A DNA stretch of 64,000 bases from Minisyncoccota bacterium (GCA_041674925.1 JBAYUW010000001.1:5967-69966); one strand, 5' to 3'; positions 49,631 through 58,278 are shown, counted from the stretch's first letter. Notes: generated from the sequence alone by a model not told the origin. Numbers and translations: made by a program.

Positions 49631-52313
49631 TTTCACAACCAAAGCTAAAGAGGTCATCCGCCGAGCGCATGAGCTGGCAATTGAGCGTGGTCAAAATCAC
49701 GTCAATCCAAATCATCTTTTGTTGGCTTTAATTATGCAAGAGGAAAGCCTGGTTTCTTCAATTCTTGATCGGATAGAAATCGATACTATTTTATTGACCG
49801 ATTCATTACTTGAGATGATTGATAATATTTCAACTCCAGGCGCTAATATTTCTTCTCCCGCCATGCAGATTTATCTGACGCCAGAATTAGCTCAAGTGAT
49901 TGAATCCTCTGGAAAAATTGCTGGCGAATTGAAGGACGAATTTATTTCCGCTGAACATCTATTTATTGCTGTTCTTGATATACCTAGCCCAGCGCGTGAT
50001 ATTTTGGCTAAATTTAAAATTGACCGAGTGAAAGTGATCAAGATTTTAACGGAATTGAAAAATAACAACTCATCAGATACACCAACTGTTAAAAAATTCC
50101 GGGCGATCTCTAAATACACGAGAAACCTGACAAAGATGGCCAAAGAAAATCGTCTTGACCCAGTGATTGGTCGCGACAATGAAATTTCTCGAATCATTCA
50201 GATTTTATCGCGTCGAACCAAGAACAATCCAATTTTGATTGGTGAAGCAGGGGTGGGTAAAACTGCCATTGTTGAGGGACTAGCTTTGCGAATGTCGCAG
50301 AACGATGTGCCAGAATCACTGAAAGATAAGGAACTAGTTTCTTTGGATCTTGGTCTATTAATCGCCGGCACAAAATACCGCGGTGAATTTGAAGAGCGAT
50401 TGAAAAATATTATTAAAGAGATCGAAAAATCTGAAGGAAAAATTATTGTTTTTATTGACGAGATTCACACCATCGTCGGCGCTGGTTCGGCTGAAGGCTC
50501 ACTTGATGCTTCTAATATGCTCAAACCAGCTTTGTCGCGTGGAGAATTTCGAACCATCGGTGCCACCACCACTAAAGAATTTCAAAAAATAGAAAAAGAT
50601 CCTGCTTTAACGCGCCGTTTTCAATCTGTCTATGTCAGCGAACCATCGATCGAAGATGCGATTGCCATCTTGCGTGGATTGAAAGATAAATATGAATTGT
50701 ATCACGGTGTACGTATCACCGATGATGCGATTATCTCTGCGGTAAATTTAAGCTCGCGTTATATCACAGACCGTTTCTTACCCGATAAAGCTGTGGATTT
50801 AATAGACGAAGCTTCATCTGCCTTGAAAATTTCTTTAGAAAACATGCCACCGATTTTAGAAGAAACTCATCGTCGAGTTTTACGTTTAGAAATTGAACGT
50901 GAAGCTTTGAAAAAAGAGGCTCAGGATGGCGACAAAAAAGCTAAGACCCGCACGAAAATAATCGAAAAAGAAATTGCCGATCTGAAAGAAAAGACTTCGG
51001 AAATCGAATTGAAATGGAAGAATGAAAAAGAGACGATTATTGAGATTAAGGCCCTAAAGAAAGGTCTAGAGCAGGCTAAAATTGAAGCCGAAGCGGCCGA
51101 AGTGAAGGTTGATTTGGCTAAAGCGGCAGAAATTCGCTATGGCCAAATTCCGCAAATGGAAAAAGATTTGGCCACTAAAATCAAACGCCTAAAACAATTA
51201 CAAAGCTCGCGTCGAATGCTGAAAGAAGAAATTGGCGAAGAAGATATTGCCGATATTGTCTCGCGCTGGACAGGTGTGCCGGTCAAAAGGATGCTGGAAG
51301 CTGAAGCGGAAAAATTGAATCGTATGGAAGATGAGCTGCGAAAAAGAATTATCGGTCAAGATGATGCGGTTCAAAAAATCTCGGATACAATTAAAAGATC
51401 AAGAGCGGGGATTGCCGACCCTAATCGTCCCATCGGCTCATTTATTTTCCTTGGCCCAACTGGTGTCGGTAAAACGGAACTGACAAAAGCGCTCGCTGAA
51501 TTCATGTTCGATGATGATAAAGCTCTGATTCGTGTGGACATGTCGGAATTTATGGAGCGTCATGCTGTTTCCAAATTGATTGGTTCACCACCAGGTTATG
51601 TCGGTTACGAAGAAGGAGGAAATTTGACCGAGATGGTTCGTCATCGTCCATACTCTGTTATTCTTTTTGATGAAATTGAAAAAGCTCATCCCGAGGTCTT
51701 TAATATTTTGCTGCAAGTCTTGGATAGTGGTCATTTGACTGATGCCAAAGGCCGAGTGGTGAATTTTAAAAATACAGTTATCATTCTCACTTCAAATATC
51801 GGCGCTCAATATATTGATAAGATGGAAGAGATTGGTTTTAGTATGAACAAGGGTCAAAAGGCTGAATATGAAGATGTGAAAGATAAAGTGACAAAAGCTT
51901 TGAAGGATCATTTCCGTCCGGAATTTTTGAATCGTCTGGATGATATTATTATTTTTGATATTTTGAGTGAGAAAGCCGTCTCGGAAATTGTGAACATTCA
52001 GTTGGAGATTGTTAGAAAAAGATTGGAAGAAAAAGAAATAAAATTGCTTATTAGCAAAGAGGTAGTTTCTTATCTTGCGAAAGAAGGTTACAATCCACAG
52101 TACGGCGCTCGACCACTCAAGCGTTTGATTCAAACTAAAATTCTTAATGCTGTCGCTTCACTGATGATTTCTCGTGGCGTAATGGCGGGCGGAGTGATTA
52201 ATGTGGGCATGAAGAATAAAGAGTTTACTTTTGAAGTGAAGGGGAAGCAGAACCTCACCCGGCATCAGAATGCCACCCTCTCCTTAGAAAAGGAGAGGGC
52301 AAGAAAGTCTTGA
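49614..52313 (+). CDS. clpB: ATP-dependent chaperone ClpB
   Basis: Clp N repeats, two AAA+ modules (GEAGVGKTA; GPTGVGKTE), a long middle coiled-coil M-domain, and a sensor/ClpB C-terminal domain. Confidence 0.93.
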   Translation: MPPFNNFTTKAKEVIRRAHELAIERGQNHVNPNHLLLALIMQEESLVSSILDRIEIDTILLTDSLLEMIDNISTPGANISSPAMQIYLTPELAQVIESSGKIAGELKDEFISAEHLFIAVLDIPSPARDILAKFKIDRVKVIKILTELKNNNSSDTPTVKKFRAISKYTRNLTKMAKENRLDPVIGRDNEISRIIQILSRRTKNNPILIGEAGVGKTAIVEGLALRMSQNDVPESLKDKELVSLDLGLLIAGTKYRGEFEERLKNIIKEIEKSEGKIIVFIDEIHTIVGAGSAEGSLDASNMLKPALSRGEFRTIGATTTKEFQKIEKDPALTRRFQSVYVSEPSIEDAIAILRGLKDKYELYHGVRITDDAIISAVNLSSRYITDRFLPDKAVDLIDEASSALKISLENMPPILEETHRRVLRLEIEREALKKEAQDGDKKAKTRTKIIEKEIADLKEKTSEIELKWKNEKETIIEIKALKKGLEQAKIEAEAAEVKVDLAKAAEIRYGQIPQMEKDLATKIKRLKQLQSSRRMLKEEIGEEDIADIVSRWTGVPVKRMLEAEAEKLNRMEDELRKRIIGQDDAVQKISDTIKRSRAGIADPNRPIGSFIFLGPTGVGKTELTKALAEFMFDDDKALIRVDMSEFMERHAVSKLIGSPPGYVGYEEGGNLTEMVRHRPYSVILFDEIEKAHPEVFNILLQVLDSGHLTDAKGRVVNFKNTVIILTSNIGAQYIDKMEEIGFSMNKGQKAEYEDVKDKVTKALKDHFRPEFLNRLDDIIIFDILSEKAVSEIVNIQLEIVRKRLEEKEIKLLISKEVVSYLAKEGYNPQYGARPLKRLIQTKILNAVASLMISRGVMAGGVINVGMKNKEFTFEVKGKQNLTRHQNATLSLEKERARKS

Positions 52314-52354
52314 TATAAACCTAAAACCTGATAGACTGTATCAGTCAGAAATAT

Positions 52355-52439
52355 GCGCCGATCGGATAGCGGCTATTCCAGGAGACTGTAAATCTCCGGC
52401 CTTACGGCATCGTTGGTTCGAGTCCAACTCGGCGCACCA
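52355..52439 (+). tRNA. tRNA-Tyr(GUA)
   Basis: GCGCCGATCGGATAGCGGCTATTCCAGGAGACTGTAAATCTCCGGCCTTACGGCATCGTTGGTTCGAGTCCAACTCGGCGCACCA. It has a bacterial-type long variable arm and an encoded CCA. Confidence 0.9.
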
Positions 52440-52442
52440 GGT

Positions 52443-52476
52443 GAACGGCTCAACGATAAACTTCGTTGAGCCGTTC
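52443..52476 (+). terminator. hairpin after tRNA-Tyr
   Basis: GAACGGCTCAACG-ataaactt-CGTTGAGCCGTTC is a perfect 13-bp stem. The T-tract is weak. Confidence 0.6.
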
Positions 52477-52524
52477 AGATTTATGCTATAATATATAGAC
52501 TTTAATAATCATTAATCAAATTTT

Positions 52525-53265
52525 ATGTTTTACACCATTTTGATTGTCGTCTTCTTTTTGCTAATCTCGAGCATTCGTCAGATCAATCAATACGAACGCG
52601 GGGTGAGGTTTACTTTTGGTAAATTTACTTCCGTGATGGAACCTGGCTGGAGACTAGTTTGGCCGATTGTCCAAACTTATCAAAAAGTCGATGTGCGAAC
52701 TAAAGCCGTGGATGTGCCGGATCAAAATGCAATTACTAGAGACAATGTGTCGGTTCGAGTGAATGCCGTGATTTATTATAAAGTCAGTGAAGCTCAGAAG
52801 GCGATTATTGAAGTGGAAGATTTTCGTTATGCCATTTCTCAATATGCTCAGACGACTATGAGAAATATTGTCGGAGAAGTGACTTTGGATGAATTGCTTT
52901 CCAGTCGAGACAAAATCGCTGATCGAATTCGAGAAATCGTAGATAGAGAGACTGATGCTTGGGGCCTTAAAGTAAATAATGTTGAACTGAAAGATGTGAG
53001 TCTACCGCCAGATTTGGAAAGAACAATCGGTAAACAAGCTGAAGCCGAAAGAGAAAAAAGAGCGGTCATTATCAATTCTGAAGGGGAATTAGCGGCCTCT
53101 GAAAATATTTCCAAAGCGGCCGAAATGCTGGCCAAGACTCCAGGTGCTCTACATCTTCGAACCTTGCAATCGGTCAATGATATGGCTTCGGATCAAAGTA
53201 ATACTGTGGTTTATATGATACCAGTTGAAATCTTGAAAGCCCTCGAGGGTTTTACTAAGAAATAA
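52525..53265 (+). CDS. SPFH/Band-7 (stomatin/slipin-like) domain protein
   Basis: N-terminal TM, then IRQINQYERGVRFTFGKF...GWRLVWP..., ITRDNVSVRVNAVIYY and DAWGLKVNNVELKDV. Confidence 0.88.
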   Translation: MFYTILIVVFFLLISSIRQINQYERGVRFTFGKFTSVMEPGWRLVWPIVQTYQKVDVRTKAVDVPDQNAITRDNVSVRVNAVIYYKVSEAQKAIIEVEDFRYAISQYAQTTMRNIVGEVTLDELLSSRDKIADRIREIVDRETDAWGLKVNNVELKDVSLPPDLERTIGKQAEAEREKRAVIINSEGELAASENISKAAEMLAKTPGALHLRTLQSVNDMASDQSNTVVYMIPVEILKALEGFTKK

Positions 53266-53369
53266 ATATAATATAAGCCGTTGATAAATGATTATAAACG
53301 TGCTATCGTTTTACAAGAATTCAGTGAACATTAACGTGCGGAGTGAGCGAAATTGAGAGGAGGAATGCG

Positions 53370-53834
53370 ATGATACGTATATTGTTGGTGTCGATACTCT
53401 TCGCGGCCATGGTCTGCTTTTGCACGGTGGATGACGAATTCACCGTTAGGGACCGAGATGACGCACAGGTAATCTTTGGGATCAGTATTCCCATGAGTAC
53501 TGAGGAAAAAGAGGCAGCTCGTCCCGTAGTGATGGACGTCATACTCGAGCGACGCGAAATCACTCGCAGTAGTTGTAAGGAGTATAAAGCTCTGGCCAAT
53601 CTCGCGTCCACTCAAAAGGTCGAATCGGTTGAGGTGGCCTTTTCCGATATGAGTCGCCTTGAACAACGAGAGAAGGAACTGGATATTTCGTGGTCAGCAT
53701 ACAGTGAGTCATATGACCGCTATCTTCGTTCCGTCTCGTTGGCCCATCACATGGGGTTCAAGGAGGAAGCTCGATATTTCGGTTATTGCACCGAAGATGA
53801 TGGGTTTAAGGTGACCGAATACGTTGCCTTCTGA
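53370..53834 (+). CDS. hypothetical exported/anchored protein, GC-rich ORFan (cassette C)
   Basis: GAGGAGG at 53357-63, 6 nt before ATG 53370 (the ORF is open from GTG 53343). N-terminal hydrophobic MIRILLVSILFAAMVCFC. 34/60 G+C at 53401-53460. Confidence 0.55.
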   Translation: MIRILLVSILFAAMVCFCTVDDEFTVRDRDDAQVIFGISIPMSTEEKEAARPVVMDVILERREITRSSCKEYKALANLASTQKVESVEVAFSDMSRLEQREKELDISWSAYSESYDRYLRSVSLAHHMGFKEEARYFGYCTEDDGFKVTEYVAF

Positions 53835-53852
53835 ACGGAACAGGTCTTTCTC

Positions 53853-53881
53853 GTGGCGTGCCAAACGGTGCGCCACTTTTT
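53853..53881 (+). terminator. GC-rich intrinsic terminator of cassette C
   Basis: GTGGCG-tgccaaacggtg-CGCCAC followed by TTTTT. Confidence 0.7.
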
Positions 53882-53968
53882 ATTTTCCCCACAAAGACCG
53901 CTGTGTTCAAACGAGATTAACTGTATAATCAACTTTACTAACCAGATTTTGTTTGTTAGATTAAGTTC

Positions 53969-54640
53969 ATGACTTTCCATATCATCACTTTATTTCCCGA
54001 GATGTTTGACTCATATTTAAATGAGTCGATTTTGGGGCGAGCGCAAAAGGATAAGAAGTTAAAATTTAATTTTTATAATCCACGGAATTTTACTAGTCCA
54101 ACCGAAACTCAAAAAAAGAACGCAAAACCATATTTAAGGGTTGATGATAAACCCTACGGCGGTGGGCCGGGAATGGTGATGCAGGCGGAGCCAATGATTA
54201 AAGCTATTGCCGCGGCGATTAAAAAAACCAAAAATAAAAATAAGACAAAAATTATTTTTTTATCACCAGCCGGCAAGCAGTTTGATACTACTTATGCTAA
54301 AAATATTTCCCAAAAGTTTGTTGATATTATCATCATTTGTGGACGATATGAAGGAATTGATTCTCGTGTGAAAAAAATTTTTAAAACCGAAGAAATTTCC
54401 GTGGGACCTTTTGTTCTGACCGGTGGGGAATTACCAGCCATGATTATTGTCGATTGTGTCGCGCGACAAATTGAAGGTGTGCTTGGCAATTTTGATTCGC
54501 GTGAGGAGGAGAGAATCGCCAGTTCGGAAATGTATACTCGTCCCGAAGTCTTAGTCTACAAAGGCAAAAAATACCGAGTCCCTAAAGTTCTCTTGTCTGG
54601 CAATCACCAAAAAATCGAGGAGTGGAGAATGGGGAAATAA
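53969..54640 (+). CDS. trmD: tRNA (guanine37-N1)-methyltransferase
   Basis: FHIITLFPEMF, DDKPYGGGPGMVM, IICGRYEGIDSRV, GPFVLTGGELPAM, LLSGNH..IE.WR. Confidence 0.95.
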   Translation: MTFHIITLFPEMFDSYLNESILGRAQKDKKLKFNFYNPRNFTSPTETQKKNAKPYLRVDDKPYGGGPGMVMQAEPMIKAIAAAIKKTKNKNKTKIIFLSPAGKQFDTTYAKNISQKFVDIIIICGRYEGIDSRVKKIFKTEEISVGPFVLTGGELPAMIIVDCVARQIEGVLGNFDSREEERIASSEMYTRPEVLVYKGKKYRVPKVLLSGNHQKIEEWRMGK

Positions 54641-54657
54641 AAGAGTATAATTGGGAT

Positions 54658-55674
54658 ATGAAAAATCAAAAAGGTTTTATTGTGCCAGTACTCGTCGCTA
54701 TTATCGCTGTTTTAATAATTAGCGGTGGGGTATATCTTTATCAAAATAAAAAAGTCGAAGTGCCAGGAATAAATATTAATAGTAATATTCCGACATCGAC
54801 CAAGACTTATAAAAGTGATAAATTTTCTCTCCAGTTTCAATATCCAGCAGAACTATCTGTTAGTGAAAACTCTCAGAAAATTATTTTAAATCATTCTATT
54901 CCTTATAAACACCAAGATCCTTGTGATTTTAAAGGCGACGGCACCAGTCTCGATAATCTCACAGATTTTAATGTCTCCCTACAACTTTTTAATCAAAACA
55001 TAAGTGATTTACTACAAAGTAGCGCATCACCCGGAGAAAGCTATGTTTACAGTAATCCTTTCAAAACTAATTCTTTAAACGGCTATAAAATTCAACTTGG
55101 AGTGGAAGGTTGCGGTAATTATACATATTATTTTCCTACCTCCATTAATCAGACATTGGTAATTACACGCTCACTTATCACCGAGCTTGGTGACGCGATT
55201 ACAAATAAACAAGAATATTTAAGCCTTCCTGGTGTCATCTTACCATCACAAGAAGAGATGATGATGAATCAGATTTTAGACTCTCTCAAGTTTACACCAA
55301 CCAAAACCGCGGTCGAATTTGTGGAGCTAATCTTGTATATTCAAGACAAAACCCAAGTTGCAACCAACAGCTGTAGTATTACTCACCAGGTTGTTTACAA
55401 AATTCCTAAGACTACCGCGGTGGCCGACGCTTCATTAAGGATTCTTTTCAATGGGGAATTATTCAGCTATGGTTCTTATAAATCAGTAACTATTGTAAAT
55501 GGTGTGGCTAAAGTCATGCTGGAAAGTAATTTGACAAAGGCAGGTAAACCAATCGGTTCACTGAGTAGCTGTGAGAGCTCACATTTGTTATCTGTTTTGA
55601 GGGATACGCTTACGCAATATGATTCTATAAAATCTGTCGAATTGCTTTCCCCGCAGGGTTCTATTCAGTTCTAA
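54658..55674 (+). CDS. hypothetical membrane-anchored protein (possible C-terminal GerMN-like domain)
   Basis: TM FIVPVLVAIIAVLIISGGVYL. The C-terminal ~110 aa (LYIQDK...YKIPKTTAVADASLRILFNG...SVLRDTLTQYDSIKSVEL) resembles GerMN, which is a weak by-eye call. Confidence 0.4.
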   Translation: MKNQKGFIVPVLVAIIAVLIISGGVYLYQNKKVEVPGININSNIPTSTKTYKSDKFSLQFQYPAELSVSENSQKIILNHSIPYKHQDPCDFKGDGTSLDNLTDFNVSLQLFNQNISDLLQSSASPGESYVYSNPFKTNSLNGYKIQLGVEGCGNYTYYFPTSINQTLVITRSLITELGDAITNKQEYLSLPGVILPSQEEMMMNQILDSLKFTPTKTAVEFVELILYIQDKTQVATNSCSITHQVVYKIPKTTAVADASLRILFNGELFSYGSYKSVTIVNGVAKVMLESNLTKAGKPIGSLSSCESSHLLSVLRDTLTQYDSIKSVELLSPQGSIQF

Positions 55675-56276
55675 TGATAAAGAAATCTAAATCCTACACC
55701 ATCGGTATCGACGAAGTTGGTCGTGGGCCAATCGCTGGACCAGTTGCCGTCTGTTCTTTGTGTTTGGGGCCGAAATTCAAAAAGAGTAATTTCCAGAATT
55801 TTCGTGACTCCAAGAAACTTTCGCATCTTCAAAGATTAAACTGGCTGGAGAAAATAAATATTGAAAAAGAGAAAGGAAACATTTTTTACAAAGTCTGTCT
55901 GGAGAGTAATGAAGTCATTGATCAAAGAGGTCTAACTTTTGCGATAAAACGCGCGCTCAGTAATTCTTTAAATAGTTTAAAAATCAAACCAAAAAATTGC
56001 GAAGTTCTTTTGGATGGGGGATTGAGGGCACCGATAGAATACATAAATCAAAAAACAATTATAAAAGGGGATGAAAAAGAATTGGCGATTGCGCTGGCTT
56101 CGATTGTGGCGAAAGTTACTCGTGATGCTTTGATGGTGAAATTAGCCAAGAAATATCCAGGGTACGGTCTAGAGAAGCATAAGGGTTATGGCACCTCAGC
56201 GCACTATAAAGCCTTGAAAAACAAGGGTCTTTCTCCAATACATCGCAAGAGCTTCCTCAAGAAGCTTGACTTTTAA
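55674..56276 (+). CDS. rnhB: ribonuclease HII
   Basis: IGIDEVGRGPIAGPV, DSKKLS, ASIVAKVTRD, GYGLEKHKGYGT..H. The last 5 codons and the stop (AAG AAG CTT GAC TTT TAA) lie inside the conserved promoter module. Confidence 0.9.
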   Translation: MIKKSKSYTIGIDEVGRGPIAGPVAVCSLCLGPKFKKSNFQNFRDSKKLSHLQRLNWLEKINIEKEKGNIFYKVCLESNEVIDQRGLTFAIKRALSNSLNSLKIKPKNCEVLLDGGLRAPIEYINQKTIIKGDEKELAIALASIVAKVTRDALMVKLAKKYPGYGLEKHKGYGTSAHYKALKNKGLSPIHRKSFLKKLDF

Positions 56277-56304
56277 CCAATTTGGGTGTATAATTGTGGG
56301 TAGA
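56257..56304 (+). repeat. direct repeat copy 1 (promoter module; partner at 57189-57236)
   Basis: The core AAGCTTGACTTTTAAcCaATTTGGGTGTATAATTGT (56262-97) is 34/36 identical to 57194-57229. About 42/48 identical over the extended span. Confidence 0.85.
56266..56294 (+). promoter_or_regulatory. conserved promoter module (copy A) driving GC-rich cassette D
   Basis: TTGACT (56266-71), 17-nt spacer, TGTATAAT (TATAAT at 56289-94). Confidence 0.7.
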
Positions 56305-56372
56305 GTAGCTGGCCTAGCTATTTGGATTACATAACGAGCAATTGTATTTTTGTCGGCCGCAAGCTTACAAAA

Positions 56373-57119
56373 ATGTCCGCAAGACTATGGTCCCGAAAAA
56401 AGGCAGAGAAAGAGATAGTTGACATGAATGCTCATGGCGAAAATATCGACGACTTGCTCGGTCTGGTTGATCCCGAACTCGTGCGATCGTACGGACGAAA
56501 CCGTCTAAGTGATGGAATGAATCTGGCGCAGGTTAACGACAAGTATAAGGAAGTCGAACAGAAACTGGTGGTTCTTGCACGTCGACACAAAATGCTTTTA
56601 CTCTGTGTTGTCACAATGCTTCCCATCAGTTTTCTTGCTTCTGTGTTCATGAAATCACCTGGCCTCGGCATTGTGTTGGCGTGCATATTGGCGCTCGGTT
56701 CGAAATTCATTGACAATCTATATGTTCGGGCAGAAGATCGGATCGGCACACTTCGGCACTCACTCGTGGCGGATCTCAAGACCTTCAGGAATGCTACGGA
56801 GGCGCTGAAGAGCCCGATCGGGCGGACGATGCGTGAGTATACGGCGGCCTCGACCCGTGACAATTTGATCACGTGCGCGGTTCGGATACTCGACGCGGAA
56901 GCCAAGCTCGATGAGGTGCGCTTCATGACGAATCGGCGGTTGCATGATCTGGTCCACTACAGCAACTGGTTGATGCGTTGCCAAGAGGAGCAGAAGAAGA
57001 TCGAGGAGGGAATCAAGGTCTTCGGTCTGAAGTTTGATCGTTCGGAGATATTCGCGGAGGCTCGCAAGCACAACGCGCGCGTCGACGCCGAGATTCAAAA
57101 AGGGATCGACGGTAAGTAA
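56373..57119 (+). CDS. hypothetical 2-TM membrane protein, GC-rich ORFan (cassette D)
   Basis: The ORF is open from TTG 56322; the first ATG is 56373. The central hairpin MLLLCVVTMLPISFLASVF / GLGIVLACILALGSKFI is flanked by helical cytoplasmic domains. 36/60 G+C at 56761-56820, versus 19/60 at 55861-55920 in rnhB. Confidence 0.55.
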   Translation: MSARLWSRKKAEKEIVDMNAHGENIDDLLGLVDPELVRSYGRNRLSDGMNLAQVNDKYKEVEQKLVVLARRHKMLLLCVVTMLPISFLASVFMKSPGLGIVLACILALGSKFIDNLYVRAEDRIGTLRHSLVADLKTFRNATEALKSPIGRTMREYTAASTRDNLITCAVRILDAEAKLDEVRFMTNRRLHDLVHYSNWLMRCQEEQKKIEEGIKVFGLKFDRSEIFAEARKHNARVDAEIQKGIDGK

Positions 57120-57139
57120 GTCCAGCATCGCTGGCATTT

Positions 57140-57168
57140 GGGTACCTCTTCACGGAGGTGCCCTTTTT
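57140..57168 (+). terminator. GC-rich intrinsic terminator of cassette D
   Basis: GGGTACCTC-ttcac(g)-GAGGTGCCC followed by TTTTT. Confidence 0.8.
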
Positions 57169-57188
57169 AATACTTAAATTTGAATATT

Positions 57189-57236
57189 TTAAAAAGCTTG
57201 ACTTTTAATCCATTTGGGTGTATAATTGTATGTAGA
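57189..57236 (+). repeat. direct repeat copy 2 (promoter module; partner at 56257-56304)
   Basis: Contains AAAAAGCTTGACTTTTAA, the same string that encodes the rnhB C-terminus and stop in copy 1, but here it is non-coding. Confidence 0.85.
57198..57226 (+). promoter_or_regulatory. conserved promoter module (copy B) driving the GC-rich Nudix cassette E
   Basis: TTGACT (57198-203), 17-nt spacer, TGTATAAT (TATAAT at 57221-26). Confidence 0.7.
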
Positions 57237-57298
57237 AAGATAAGAACAGGTTTCCTGTGTGGGAGGCCTTTGACAGCAATTCCAATTGGAGATTCAGC

Positions 57299-57817
57299 AT
57301 GAATAACGTGATTGAGAAGCCGAGTCATTTTTCGGCCGGACTTTTTCTGCACCGACGTACCGATGGTAGTGGTCTCTATGACACGATCGGCGTCACCAAG
57401 CATCGGTTTCCGGATGGCGTACAGATGCCTGGTGGCACGAATCGACGTTGCCTCTGGGAAGTGCCAGAGATGACCTTGGAGCGCGAGTTCGCGGAAGAGA
57501 CCGGATATCGTCCGGTGTCTTATAACCTCCTGCTGTCTAGGGAGTTTGGGGATGGAGGGCATACCCAGAACTTTTTCGTCATCAAGCAGGCTGTCGGTCA
57601 CTTTAACGGTCCACGGACTTTTACTGAGACTGATGGAGAGATGGTGGAGGTTCGGATTTGGGAACTCGGTGAATTTCATCGCCACCTCTGCCCGACCCAT
57701 CGGCCAGCCTTTCTGAAGGCATGTCAGGTGTTGATCCGCGTAGACGTGTCGTTTCGCAGGAATTATCCCGAGATCTGCGATGATGTCCGCGCCGCCGAGT
57801 ATCGGCAAGAGTTCTGA
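57299..57817 (+). CDS. Nudix hydrolase, GC-rich (cassette E)
   Basis: The Nudix box at 57431-57508 is GGTNRRCLWEVPEMTLEREFAEETGY (Ex7REUxEExGU intact). GGAG lies 7 nt before ATG 57299 (the ORF is open from GTG 57257). 34/60 G+C at 57421-57480. Confidence 0.75.
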   Translation: MNNVIEKPSHFSAGLFLHRRTDGSGLYDTIGVTKHRFPDGVQMPGGTNRRCLWEVPEMTLEREFAEETGYRPVSYNLLLSREFGDGGHTQNFFVIKQAVGHFNGPRTFTETDGEMVEVRIWELGEFHRHLCPTHRPAFLKACQVLIRVDVSFRRNYPEICDDVRAAEYRQEF

Positions 57818-57845
57818 ACTAATCGAAGGGAGAGTGTGAGCGAAT

Positions 57846-57884
57846 AGCTGGGTTGTTGCACGTTGAGCAACCCGGCTATTTTTT
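57846..57884 (+). terminator. GC-rich intrinsic terminator of cassette E
   Basis: AGCTGGGTTG...CAACCCGGCT 10-bp stem (one G.U pair) followed by TTTTTT. Confidence 0.75.
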
Positions 57885-57930
57885 ATACCCGAACATTGCT
57901 TTTTATATCAAATATGCTAAGATAGTCCCC

Positions 57931-58158
57931 ATGGTAAATCGAATGCGACATAACCGAGCTCAGCGAGGCGACACTCGCTCACATCACGCTTTAAAAGCGG
58001 TGGACCTTTCCGTTTGTCCTGATTGCAATACTAAAAGATTAAATCACAAAGTTTGTTCTAACTGTGGTAAATATAATGGCCGAGTGGTCATTGATGTCGG
58101 TGCTAAAATCGCTAAAAAAGAGAAGAAACTAAAAGCGAAGAAAGAGGAGAGTAAGTAA
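57931..58158 (+). CDS. rpmF: 50S ribosomal protein L32
   Basis: MVNRMRHNRAQRGDTRSHHAL.....CP.C......H.VC..CG.Y.G with a Zn-ribbon and a K-rich tail. The ORF is open from 57853. Confidence 0.88.
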   Translation: MVNRMRHNRAQRGDTRSHHALKAVDLSVCPDCNTKRLNHKVCSNCGKYNGRVVIDVGAKIAKKEKKLKAKKEESK

Positions 58159-58230
58159 AAACAAACATAGTTTGAATTTTGAGTGGAATGGTTGGTGCCG
58201 TCCCGAAAAATTTAAACTATGTTTGTTTTT
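58157..58230 (+). other. long inverted repeat (23-24 bp stem, ~28-nt loop) between rpmF and nusB-rnc
   Basis: AAAAACAAACATAGTTTGAATTT (58157-79) pairs with AAATTTAAACTATGTTTGTTTTT (58208-30) with a single G.U. The left arm starts inside the rpmF stop codon. A T-run follows. Confidence 0.7.
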
Positions 58231-58278
58231 ATTTGTGTTTTGCTGTATAATTACCCCAGCGTAATTAAAGTTATTTAC

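Noticed and set aside
53321-53666. Minus-strand ORFs of 96 aa and 111 aa antisense to cassette C
   Set aside because: This is the same GC-driven artefact. The plus-strand ORF has GAGGAGG-ATG and a plus-oriented terminator.
56432-57137. Two minus-strand ORFs (164 aa and 125 aa) antisense to cassette D
   Set aside because: They are shadow ORFs in a GC-rich segment. The promoter and terminator polarity and the TM-hairpin protein all favour the plus strand.
57167-57808. 213-aa minus-strand ORF covering the Nudix locus
   Set aside because: It is a mirror ORF produced by high GC. The plus strand carries the intact Nudix box, an SD-ATG, an upstream promoter and a downstream plus-oriented terminator. 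The minus ORF has no motif or signals.
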